DNA of 63,731 nt, the filler included, from Hausera hauseri (lineage: Eukaryota), in the NCBI GenBank assembly GCA_046269625.1. It is 12 parts of 12 records of this genome, joined end to end, with 100 filler letters (N's around TTAATTAATTAA, not from the genome) between each part and the next. Parts side by side here need not be neighbours in the genome. Positions count along the whole stretch, not along the records: positions 50,886 to 54,906 come from JBJURY010814310.1; positions 55,007 to 58,962 come from JBJURY010860189.1; positions 59,063 to 63,731 come from JBJURY010482243.1; 9 more parts are not named here. One strand, given 5' to 3'. Positions 52,182-63,731 of this stretch are shown here, piece after piece. The translations under genes and the position numbers were made by a program. Positions within the stretch are counted from its first letter, which is position 1. The number at the start of each line of letters is the position of its first letter. Below the pieces are notes generated by a model, which was not told the DNA's origin, did no database searches, and worked only from the letters and a program-made list of their open reading frames with translations.

Positions 52182-52699
52182 TTATGTTTGGAGAGGTAAC
52201 CTGAGAAATGATTGTTTCTAATATTTCACCAGCATCAGTTCAGATACATGCTGGAATCAATGAGACCAAAATATTAGGAGTCCATCTGGGTTTTCAGTAC
52301 TGCGGTTTTGTTGAAATTTTCTGTACACGGGATAAAATTTTGGCTATTAATACCTGGTAACAACCTTTTATTTTTGAAGCACACCAAGAGCCCCAGCTCA
52401 CATCCGAACCTCAACACTTTTTATTTATCTCCTTCCTCCGTCTACGCAATTAACGTTGCTTTTGTCTTGCCGTTTTCCGCCTCTTTCTTTATCATGTGTG
52501 GACGATCATCAGTGTTTCTTTGTAATTTTTACACTCCCATTTCCGACTTCCGTGCGTGGGTGTCCTTTGTAGTTGGCTTATTGATGTCTCTTTCTAGTGT
52601 TGCGGTTCTTCTCCTATGGCGTTTTCTAACTTTACGGTCTTTACGACAACACGCCCCTTCCTTAAATGAAACATGTTTTTTCTACTTCTGTAGAAAGAA

Positions 52700-53472
52700 A
52701 CTTCTTTAAACGATTCTGGTTCATCTGTGTTCTCGATTAAGTATTCGTTCTGTGTGCTTCATTCTCCATAATCCGCTCCTCCCTTAATGAAAAAGTATTT
52801 TTCATTTCCTTGCAGCTTTTTACAAGTCCAAAATCACTTCAGTTACTCGTAGAGGAAATGGAAAATCGTTTCCTTTCCAGGCTGAATTAATAGCTGTTTA
52901 GACCTTTTGAATGTTGGGACTTGGGTAAATGGTTACAATGTCTCGATATTCGACTCTCATTGCCTTGTTGAGGGTTACGGATTTTTGATAGTTGCTTCAT
53001 TGTTATCGTTATCTCTTTCTTTCTTAGCATGGTATCGCATGAATAATATATCTAGTAGTTCTCCTAGAAACTGAAGTATTGCTTATTTTCTTCTCCTCTT
53101 TATCAACCATTTCAAATGTGTCTTCGTGTCTTGAACTTCTTCTTGCCATAATCTTATTTCTCGTTCAGATTCCAACAGGATCATCTGAAAATGTGTCGCT
53201 GGTGTCGTTTTCTGACTTCTTTCTTTGTGGTATACTGATGTGTGAAGCCGTAATCTGGTATTCTTCAACTGGGTTTCGATATCTGATAACTGCCATTGAA
53301 AAGTCGTCAGTGATTGTATAATCACTAGTCGCCATCTAGCTTGTACTGTGTGTACCTCCTTGACTTTTAGAAATATTGTTCCTTGCGACTGAAAAAGATC
53401 TTGCTTGGTGTGTGTCATTCTGACCACTGTTATCCACTGATACCAGCACATCATTCGTTTGTCCGTGGACAA
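52700..53472 (-). pseudogene. Errantivirus/baculovirus-F-like (class I) envelope remnant
   Basis: GTIFLKVKEVHTVQARWRLVIIQSLTTFQWQLSDIETQL (F2-like start), then basic KRRRK* followed by fusion-peptide-like AILQFLGELLDILF at 53082-53041. Confidence 0.55.
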
Positions 53473-53492
53473 ACATGATATAGGTTATTCTT

Positions 53493-54747
53493 TTACGCTA
53501 ACCTTAGCATATTTTGCAATAGTAATTTCATAACCTTTTCTTCTTTTGTTTCATTTTGGGTTACTGCTTCTACTTCCTTTTGTTCAGTTGTACCCGGAAG
53601 TTGTGTTTCGCCTTCAACTTTATGTATTGCTATACTTTCTTTATGTCGGCCACTACTTTGATTGTCTTGATTCTGCCGTATGGTTATCTGATTCACTTCA
53701 GCATTAGGTTCTTTTCTCTTGATTACTTCAGTCATCTGTTTTCTCAACTTCGTAATCTTTGCTGTTTTCTCGGCATTGGCTTCTTCAAGCTTTGTGGTTT
53801 GGTGTTCCATTTCCCGCAGCATGGTTTCTGTTTCGTAAACCCTACTTTGCAATACCTTGGTTCGGTTCTCTGCTTCTTTTCTGGCTTCTATAATCTTGTC
53901 GAGACTGTCTCGGCTATTCTTTATTTCCTTATCTTTGTGTCGTGTTATTTCTTGTATTTCTGCCCTCTTGGCTTCTGGCTATTTTTTGTTTCTTTCTAAT
54001 TTCTTGTATCGGTGTTATAGTATTGCGTTTGTTTTTCTTGGCTGCACTAATGGGAATTCTCGATTCTTTTCTATAATTTCTGTTATCATTGTCGGTTCTG
54101 CGGTTGAATCTTCTGTGTATAATTTCCTGTCGAGTGGCTTTATATATTGGTGCATCCTCTGTGGAAGTTTCTGCATCTCTAGTTCGTTTGGTATGCTGGA
54201 GGATGTGTTCCATTTCGGATGTTGTAGTGTCTGAGTCGTTTTCAACTGCTGTGTTGGAAGAGTCATCTTTTGTGCTACTATCTTCGGGTAGTGCTACTTG
54301 TATTGCGTCCTTGTCTGCATCAGCTTCTTGCACTTCTCGAAGTTCTCTATCTCGTAATCTTCATTTCCTTTCAAATGTTGGTAGGTCGCTATCTTCTGAC
54401 GAGGTAACTAATAAATTCCAGCTTCTCTTCAGTTGTCTGGCTTTCGCTTCTTTAAATGTTCTCCTTGCTGCTGCTCTGGTATTCTGGTATGATGTCGTAG
54501 CTCCTGATTCAGTTCTGTGGTTGGGTCTTGTTGGAGTAGGATCTTTCGTGGGTGTCATTGACAAGGGTATTGGACCTATTGCATATCGGGTATCACTGTC
54601 AGAACTATCACCTGTTTCAGTACTCTTTCGGTTAAGAATAATATTTCTGTGTTTTGGTTCGTCTAAGGGGCAACCAGAAAAATGTGAACATTGTTGTTGG
54701 TAGATTTTTACGTAGGAAAAATACGCATGCGCTGTTAGAATAAACAT
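53493..54747 (-). pseudogene. Decayed A-rich low-complexity/coiled-coil ORF upstream of the env remnant
   Basis: 54747-54361 and 54333-53929 share a frame across one stop. Same strand and compositional bias as the retroelement contigs. Confidence 0.4.
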
Positions 54748-55006
54748 ACAACGTTAAGTATACGTGTGACAACGGATTGCCTGGAAGACAAAAATCAACT
54801 GTTTGACTTGACAAAATGGTAATGTCTCATGACAATTAGATCAGTTAGTATAGTTTGTACTTTCTAAAACATGTAGTATTTTCCTTATGAAATGTGAATA
54901 TAATAANNNNNNNNNNNNNNNNNNNNNNNNNNNNNNNNNNNNNNNNNNNNTTAATTAATTAANNNNNNNNNNNNNNNNNNNNNNNNNNNNNNNNNNNNNN
55001 NNNNNN

Positions 55007-57706
55007 CTCATGATCAGACAGTGATCTTCCAAAGAGACTATGTCCTCATCTATGTCTTCATCGTTAGGCCAGTTGATGTTATCGATTATCATCTACCCAA
55101 AAAAGTGAAATGCAAAATTTTTTTTTTTTATGTAGGTCAGTGAAGATATGAAAAAGAACCGTATAAAAGTAGGACTAAAGATTTTGAAAGGCTTTTGTTA
55201 AGTGTCCAAATGTGCAAAACAAACATATTAAATACAAGAGTAAACATTTTCATGCACTGGCATGTACTGTGCTGTTATCTTTCTCAAGTGTATATAACTT
55301 CCCGTGCACAAACGCTGGATGTAGGCCCCATCTCCACACATCTTAATGGATTTAATGTAATATAGGAAAGATGGATATTTGCATGCAGTGTTAAATTGTA
55401 ATCTGTGCAAAGTACACTTACCTGCGGGGTTATCTCGGCCTCACTGGCCCTTGGAAAAAGTAATGGCAAAGCATCAGGCCTTGAACTGAAAAATTCCAAA
55501 ACACCTGTGTCTTTGAGTCCTCTTCGAATTTGTTTGACTTGTTTTGCTGTTCTTTCCAAAACCTACACAGGAAGACACATATTGTGACAGACACAATGAC
55601 ATTTGAAAATGAAAAAAAAAAAAAAAGGACTTTGATTTAAGAAAGTCAGTTCCATGGTCATTGCAATGTTCAAGAGACAAGTTATCCAGATTGTCATGCT
55701 CTGTGGTGTGTTTAACAGGAGGTCCTGAATGCTTTTGAATAAAAAATGACTTTTTTTCCTAAAATTAATAAAATGCTCAGTATTGAAATTGTGGTGCTTT
55801 CAGTGTTAGAATAATTAACACAGCGCTTTTTGAAGGTATTTTAATAATTGTGGAATTGATTATTGCAACTTTTTTGGAAAATACATTGTTTATTTGTATG
55901 GGAACTATAAGGAGACTGATGTTTACTTATTCGAATGTACCGTACCTCCTGTCTCTATAGAAAGTATCTTTGCCTTCAACACTTACAACTTGTACCAGGT
56001 AAGGCTGTGATTGCAGTGACTTTACAACACTAGTACACATTCACCTTGACATATTTTAAGAAATTATGGATGACCTTTCATCAGACAGTTTTTCTGCATT
56101 CATTGTAACCTACAGCATGTAGAAGGATCTTCTCCTGGAGCCAAACTCTATTTTGGGACGTCACGCCCGGAAAATCCCATGGTAGCGTCAAAGCGAGGAC
56201 CTGGGACTTCTCCTCTTCACTCAAGTCCTTTGTTCCTTGTAACTACATATGTAATGCAGAAGAAATAAAACAGTATGACATCACATGATAGATATGCTAA
56301 GCAACATAGATATTCCTAAGTACATTTGAAGGGCATAAAAAACAGTGCAAATAAAACCATTTCATTATAATGTCAAAACAAAAAACATAAATTTCTCTAA
56401 CCATAGCTATGACTTCCCGTACATCTTGGTCAGCACAATCTGACTCTGTTACAGTGGCGGTTTCTGGGTCCCCTCCAAGCAGCACGTGCATGATGGCAGG
56501 GCTGAGACCAACCAGACGAGGTCCACCATTCAGGAAGCTGTGGCCGATCATTCGACCTGCCACCACAAAAAAGTCGCTTTCTGTAAGCAACCTTGATGTG
56601 GAGGGAGTCAGATGGTCCTGCTCACCCTCAAACAGCAATGTCTGCACATCTGTTACAAAAAGGATTGTCAATATTTAAATAAACAGATTTTTACTGAACA
56701 ATCTCCATAGCATAGCTGCCAGGACAAGACAATGCACAAAACAACCGTACCATTTTCATCATCCAGCTGGAACCCATTTTGAAGATGATACATGACTACA
56801 GAAAGTACATGTCGATTAACACCCTCTCCAATTGCAGCATCACCTAAAAAAGAGGTAGAAAGAGGACAAGTTGTGTCCAAAGATGAAAGCAACTTCTTGA
56901 AAGAGTTTGTGTCCATACAGTTATTGGTAAATTAAAAGAAAAAGGACATTGTTTTTATTTTTAATTTAAAAAAGATACATTGAATTGTAACTTTGTTAAT
57001 CTCCATCCAAAGATGGAATATCCAATACAACAAGGTTAACTTACATGTTACAATAGCCATTACATATCAAATCTAACTGTCTTAAATGATTTTTTTTATT
57101 ACCACCAAGCTAGACTGTGATACAACATTTGGAATCAGGTCCCAGATCAAGATATCCAATACACAAAAAATAAATAAACATACATGAAGTAATTAACCTT
57201 GATAATGTACCTTGTGAATATGCAGTAGCCAATTTAACAAGATTAAATTAGCTACTGAAATGTTTCATGCCACTACAACATTTTCCCACTGTTTAATATA
57301 AAAGGCTTTTTAACATTGTTAAATAACATATGCCATACGACAATGACGAAAATGATGATGCACCAGTAGGTAATACCATATTTTTGCATATAAGCAAGTC
57401 CAGATTTGACTGTTGTAAGAATAATGTATTGTTGGACATAAACCAGACGTGTTTATACTGATAGTTGGACCAATTGAAAACGTTCTGTTTATTTCATGAC
57501 AGTTTTACCTATGAGTTGGCAGTGCAGTGGGTTAGTCCACTGCACCCGTGGTCTTTTGTAGAATCCAATAATGGCACGGTTCCTTTCCTTCAGGGTGTCC
57601 CTCAAACTCAGAGTAAATGTCAGACTGTCTTTATCCTTGTTTGCTTCGCGTACTGAATCAATGTACAGTTCAGAAGCTTTTGCTGGGAGAACTTCTGTAA
57701 TCCAAG
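55007..57706 (-). CDS. Multi-exon HECT-like (G2E3-like) protein, partial
   Basis: Phase-consistent exons 57706-57509, 56843-56751, 56649-56402, 56242-56114, 55562-55422 and 55092-<55007. Motifs GDAAIGEGVNRH, LLFEG, FFVVAGRMIGHSFLNGGP, QIRRGLKDTGV. Probable upstream exons near 58254-58186 and 58541-58398. Confidence 0.8.
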
Positions 57707-59062
57707 CTTTACAGAGACATGACCAGGACAAGACTCAGTATTAATAGTTAAATAAAGAAACAACAATAAACCAGACTTTTACCAAAACATCCATTCCAGA
57801 AAACATTTTTCTAATTATGAACATTCCATACAGAGTAAGTGAACACCTGGGGCATCATGCATACAAGAGTGCACAGTTTTCACACTAAAACGGAAAAACT
57901 TTGAAGAATGCGGTGCACAAGTGACCTTTATTAATAACTACATAAGTGCATTTCATTCAAAAGGAAAGAAAGTAACTTGTAATTACGAGAAATGTCATTG
58001 CAGCAGCAGCTTTGCGACATAATGTGAAACAAGCTAGATGAATTTGAAACAAATCAAAAGCTACTGTTTTCCACAGATGCCCAATAATCTGTTGCACCCC
58101 AGTGACCATGGACATAAACAGAAGACCAACACGTCTACTGAGGTAATAGATTGCAGTCCGAAGTCTAACATATTCATGCCACTTACCATGTCCCTGATCA
58201 CTTTCAATTTCTGGAGGATTAGGCTGTTGTGCACTTCGAGAAGTCAAAGGACCAGCTAAAGATAAAACACAGGCATAACACATGTTATAAGAAACATTTA
58301 ATACAAGTGGGTTTCTTTTAATTTAAAATGTCAATGGACAGACATAAAAAAATACAGAAAATGTTGCTGCTGTTGGTTGCAGATATCACTGTACAAACCC
58401 TGATCTGAACCTGTCTCCATTGTTTCCCCTATATCTCTAACACAGTGCTGTGAAGAGGTGCGACTTGTTCCCCTGGTGGAAGGGACAGATTCCTCTCCAG
58501 TGTCACTTTCAGTCTGTCTTTCCCTGTCATCCTGTGATATTCTTAATATAAAAAAATAAAATAAAATTTACATCAATTATTGAACTAATTTTTAACATAT
58601 AATAGAAAGATTAAAGTTCTAACAGAAAAATTTGAGTCACTAGAAAGATGTTGTAACAAAATATAAAATTATGGTGAATACTGCTACATGTAAACATCCT
58701 CACCATTTGTGTCCTATTTCTTTCTTCACAATGTATTGCACCTGATTGTTTAAGATTATGTACATTGCCTATATATAATCATCATAAAACTGTTGTGGGT
58801 ATAACTCCTTATGGATTGGAAAGTTATACCCTATCCATGGAATGCAAAGTTTACTTATTAAAGTTAATAAATGAAAATTAAATAAATTGTTAAAGTTAGA
58901 CTAAGCTTTCACAGTAAATTCTGATTAAGCCATTATTAAGTATATATATATATATCACTTAANNNNNNNNNNNNNNNNNNNNNNNNNNNNNNNNNNNNNN
59001 NNNNNNTTAATTAATTAANNNNNNNNNNNNNNNNNNNNNNNNNNNNNNNNNNNNNNNNNNNN

Positions 59063-62000
59063 GGTACAAACCAGTATCAACAAGTAACTACAGAAATACT
59101 ATACAAAATTTGGAAAATCCGGAAGCTGTATCTGGATTTTTAGAGGTATACTTTTAGGACCGTTAATCAAACCTGTAATTTAAGTAGTAATAAATGGATA
59201 CGAGATATTTACGTTAACTGGATTTTCATGTAAAATTTTAACCGCAATTATGACACCGTTTGGAAAATTTTTGAAAGCTTATGAAGGAAGCAAGTGGAAG
59301 GCGGAAGTAGAGCTATATATCGGCTATCATAATCCTAAACCANNNNNNNNNNCTAAAACTTACATTTTTTTAGAGCCTGTCAACAAGCGAGAGTGAATGA
59401 CAAAAAAAGACAACAGGCTAATATAGGCTCTGCCCGCACAAAGAGGGATGGGTTCCGCTGGCTATGAACAATAGCTTCTGTATTATTTAGAAAACTGCTT
59501 GATGGTCGCGGAAAAGGCATGCATATGACGAACGACGCTTTAACTACCACTTAGTTTACGGGACCAATGCAAGGCACGATACTGAACACAGCAAAAGTTT
59601 GAACTAATCTCAGACAAGAAACGAAAATGAGGAAAAATAATTCCTATGATGACCAGCCTAAGGAAAGAGAAGCAATTTCTAGAGTAAATAGTCACAAGAC
59701 GTATTCCGTCATAAAAGCCGCATTGCCCATGCTTTCGCCAACTGTACCAGTCTACGAAGGTTGTGACAAACGATAGATTAGTTCGTACCAAACGGAAATC
59801 TATAGAAAACCATTCAGTTTTAAAGATCCCTACGAAGGAACAAAACAGTATGGAGTCTTAGGAATACTGCACAAAAATAGAGAAAATTCTGCGTCCCACC
59901 ACCTACAATCGGTGGATAATCATAAAATGTTATACTCTCCAAGAGTTCGTGGAAATACAGAAACCAGACCAACCGTCTGGGGAAATCAAAGGATGCAAAG
60001 TTTTCGAAATATAGAACCACGTACGAATAACCGAGAACCACTAATCAGTATTCATGAAGCAGAAGATTCGAACATCGAAACCAATGAATAATACCGAAAT
60101 GGAGAACTAAGACAACTGTCTGAAAACATAGTATCCTCCCAGAAATCAGAATAAACGGCCACAAAATATCGGCAATTAAACGCCCAAATCCGCATCAAAT
60201 TGTTTCGGAACAGTAATAGAAGGAAGACCCTTGGCCAAAGTCACTATTGAAGATTGGGAAGTTTACGCTCTTATCGACACAGGTTCTGAGACGTCTCATA
60301 TCAAAAACGATTAAGTTCCACAAGCATTAAGAGGACAGTTGTATCCACCATCAACAAGAAACCCCCAGAGCACAGGAACTTTTGACGAAATGTCGAAACC
60401 GATGTTCAAATAAAACCCAAAAGTTCATATTGTTGGACAATCTTTCCATCACGAATTTCCAATTATGGAACAATTAACTGGCGATATAGTTTTAGGCTGA
60501 AACTTACTGAAAAGACAACCGAATGTAGCAATAGACTGGCAAGCATGAAAGCTAATATAGATTGGTCCGATAAAAGGAGTAAAACCCACTAAAGATAGGA
60601 AATTTGGAGAAGTATGGATTCCATTAGACGAAAACATTCCGTTTAGAACAGAGATGATAATTTACGCGCAATTTCAACAAGATGATGACCAAGCAGTATA
60701 TTTCGAACCAAAGCAAACGTTAAATCTGAGCATAGTACACAGAAATATATTGACAAGAGTAAACTCAGGTCGTGTACCGATAAGAATAGCAAATAATGCA
60801 CCAACCTCAGTCAAGCTATATGCTCACACTACCTTGGGAAATACTTATAACGTGTTACCTATAACTGCTGAAGAAAAACCTTATAAATATACCGAATTCC
60901 CATCTCACATTGAAACTAAGTTTTCACCTGAATCCTACTGTCGCTTCTATGAATTGTTATGCCGTTATAAATCAATTATCGATAAGGACGATGAAGATAT
61001 TGGCAGACCTAAGGCTCTAAAATTGACCATTCCGCTTAAGAAAAGGCCTGGTTCAAACGAGGAAATAGATCCTGAAAATCAGAAGTTGCCGAAATGGTAT
61101 CCTCCACGTCATTCGCTGAAACCCGAAATAATAAAACAAGTTGAACGAATGCTTAGAGCAAAAAGAATTATACCCAGTTATAAATATTGAATAATCTTAT
61201 GATGACGAATTCTTTCCAATTGTCATCAATAAAAGAAGTTCTAGACAGGCTGTCAGGAGCAAAATGGTTTACCTCTGTGGACTTACAATCCGGATACTGA
61301 CAAATAGAAATTGACCACAAAGACGTTATAAAACAGCGTTCAAAACACACGATGGTGTTTGCGAATTTAACGTTATGCGTTCGGCATTACAACAGGACCG
61401 ACCATTTTTACAAGAGTGATTAATAAAATGTTTGCATACTTAGATGATGTAATGATAGCGTCAGAAACAGAAGAGGAACATTTGAAGTATATCGAAGGTT
61501 CACTAATGCGATTAGAACAAGCAGGACTAAAACTGAACCCAAAAAAATGCAAACGGGCTCAAAACGCCGTATGCTACCTTGGTCGTAGAGTCGGAGAAGG
61601 AGGATCGAAACCAGACAAATTATTATTAAACAAAATATCAAATTGTATGGAGCCACAAAATCAGAAGTTACGACGCTAGCTAGGTTTATGTGGGTATTAC
61701 GCCACCTATGTGCCAGTTATCTCAAAGGTAAATGCATGGTTGTATCGCCTACTTAAGAAAGGAATTAAATGGAAATGGACAGCTGTCGAACAAAAAGCTT
61801 TCGACGAAATGGAGATCTAAAAAAGCGAACCAGTTATAAAACACCCTGACTTTAACTTACCATTCATAATTAAAACTGATGCCAGTAAGGAAGGTATTTG
61901 ATTTGAACTAGCCCAGAAAAGAGAAGATGGAGAATTGGAACACCCAACTGCATATTGAAGTCGCTAGTTAAAGAAAGCCGAGAAAAATTATTCCGTTAAA

Positions 62001-63731
62001 GAGTTCGAAACATTAGCGGTTAAGGAAGTACTACAACATTTTAACGTTCATGTTTATGGACGAAAAATCCTAATTGTTTCTGATCATAAAGCCGTCAATG
62101 TAGACTCAATCGGTGGACAAAAGAGATGGCGCGATACAAGATAGAATTTTAGTATAAGCCTGGAAATAAACACGTAGATGATGACGCTCTATGAAGATTG
62201 AAAACTAAGACAAGTGCAATCACTGTGATGTAGACCCAGCTCGAAGAATTAGTAGATCGCCAAATGACCTTAATATTGGATAAAGCAATGAAAATTTCCA
62301 CAGAACAAAAAAGGAATAATGTCATTCAGCAGAATATAGAATTTGCCGAAATAGATATAATGCCAAAGAGATGACAATTGAAAAAACACTTACAGACACG
62401 GACACAAATATTGTCTTACACGATGATGGCCACGAAAATATTCGATATTACGAGCAAAAAGGACGAAAACTGGTAGTCATTCCAAAAGGATTACAAACAG
62501 ATCACGATTCATATTTAGCAGGACACATGTCCTGGAAAAAGATACTAGAAAGAACACTGAATAAATATTTTTGGACAGGTATCTACATTGATGTAAAAAA
62601 TTGGGTAAGTGCTTGTGAAGTGTGCTACCGAAAAGAAAAAGACCCATGCAGGCTATTTCGATGGATATTGTAGGACCACTATCTACAACCCACAAAAATA
62701 ATAAATATATTTTAACCTGTATTGATAACCTAACTCATTTTGTCGAGTTAATAGCATTAATTTATCAAAAAGCAGAAACCTTGGCAGAGGCCCCGGTGAG
62801 AAAAATCATTTGCTGATATGGACCATCTGAACAAATGCTGACAGGCCAAGAAACTATTACAAGCGAATTATTCGAGAAAATTACCAAAATATTCGAAATC
62901 AAACGATTAACAACAACAGCGTATCACCCTCAGTGCAATGGAATGGTTGAGAGCATGAATGCAAACGTTAAACGTATTCAACAAACGGTGGTAGCAAAGA
63001 CCAAATCGATTGAGACGAATTTTTAGAAGGAACTCAATTTGCTATTAATACCACGCCACATCCTGCAACTAGATTTACACCGTTTTTATGATGCATGGAC
63101 GCGAAACCGTTCTACCGGCAGATTTAGGAATGACACCATATACGGCTAACCCCGAAGAATTGGAACAAAATTTTGCAGCAGTACTACACTGTTATGAAAT
63201 TGCTAAAGAACTATCCCAAGAATATCAAGAGCAATTTAAAAGGAAATATGATAGGAAAGCGAAACCGCACGATTTAGAACAAGGCAATTTTGTATACGTA
63301 CACTATCCAGTAGCCAAGAAAGGAACATCATTAAAATTGACTCGTACCGGTAGACGACCGTACAAAATTATTAGAACTACACCAAACACAATTTATATCG
63401 GCAGAAATGGAAAAGAAGTTGTGTCAGTACAAAGCGTCGTTAAAACAGACATACGACTGCAATAAGCGTTACAATCTACGACAAGGGGAAACGAAAACTG
63501 GGAGACATATGCGGAATTAGAAGAAGCGGACTAAAACAAAAAGCAATGGTCAACGAAAGGAAACCAACGGCAGAATAAATCCCAAAACAATAAGTTGTTA
63601 CAAAAAATGAAGGCCGATTATTTTACATCTGAGATTGTGCGTTGGATTTAGAACTTGGATACCACATCACAATTTCGGAAGATTACAAGCAGTATTGCAT
63701 GATAAAGCAAGGAAGGAGGTGAACAACTGTG
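59063..63731 (+). mobile_element. Degenerate Ty3/Gypsy element (gag remnant-PR-RT-RH-INT plus start of post-integrase ORF)
   Basis: ALIDTGS at 60276, WFTSVDLQSGY*Q, YLDD at 61437, IKTDAS, HDSYLAGHMSWKK, MDIVGPL, TTAYHPQCNGMVE. Many stops, frameshifts and deletions. Confidence 0.93.

Noticed and set aside
60654-60860. dUTPase between protease and RT
   Set aside because: At most a vestigial dUTPase-like spacer common in Gypsy elements; catalytic motifs are not visible.

Overview
This is not one locus. It is a pseudo-scaffold of 12 eukaryotic contigs joined by 11 identical 100-nt linkers (N44-TTAATTAATTAA-N44), so adjacency across a linker means nothing biologically, and more than one animal appears to be present. 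Contents by contig: (1) a spliced giant coiled-coil gene ending in a golgin-type tail anchor (giantin-like), with an intronic hAT remnant; (2) a 15-bp-unit satellite; (3) two mariner remnants, a mini-intron pseudogene and a Gypsy 3' end; (4) a nearly intact Gmr1-type Gypsy pol (integrase before RT); (5) a decayed Polinton-type protein-primed PolB; (6) a decayed polyprotein ending in a chuvirus-like glycoprotein; (7) the 3' half of an unusually complex Gypsy element; (8) a GTT/GTA array; (9) Polinton ATPase/PolB scraps, an atypical RRM1 and a Tc1 end; (10) two vertebrate-type ADCY5 exons joined to an F-type env remnant; (11) a multi-exon HECT-like gene; (12) a second decayed copy of the contig-7 Gypsy family. 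The best candidate for an undescribed system is the contig-7 element: integrase, then a signal peptide/FN3-like/TM protein, a splice acceptor, a DEDDh-like pseudo-exonuclease, a RING protein, a polypurine tract (PPT) and an LTR. All family assignments come from motifs recognised by eye; no searches were run.
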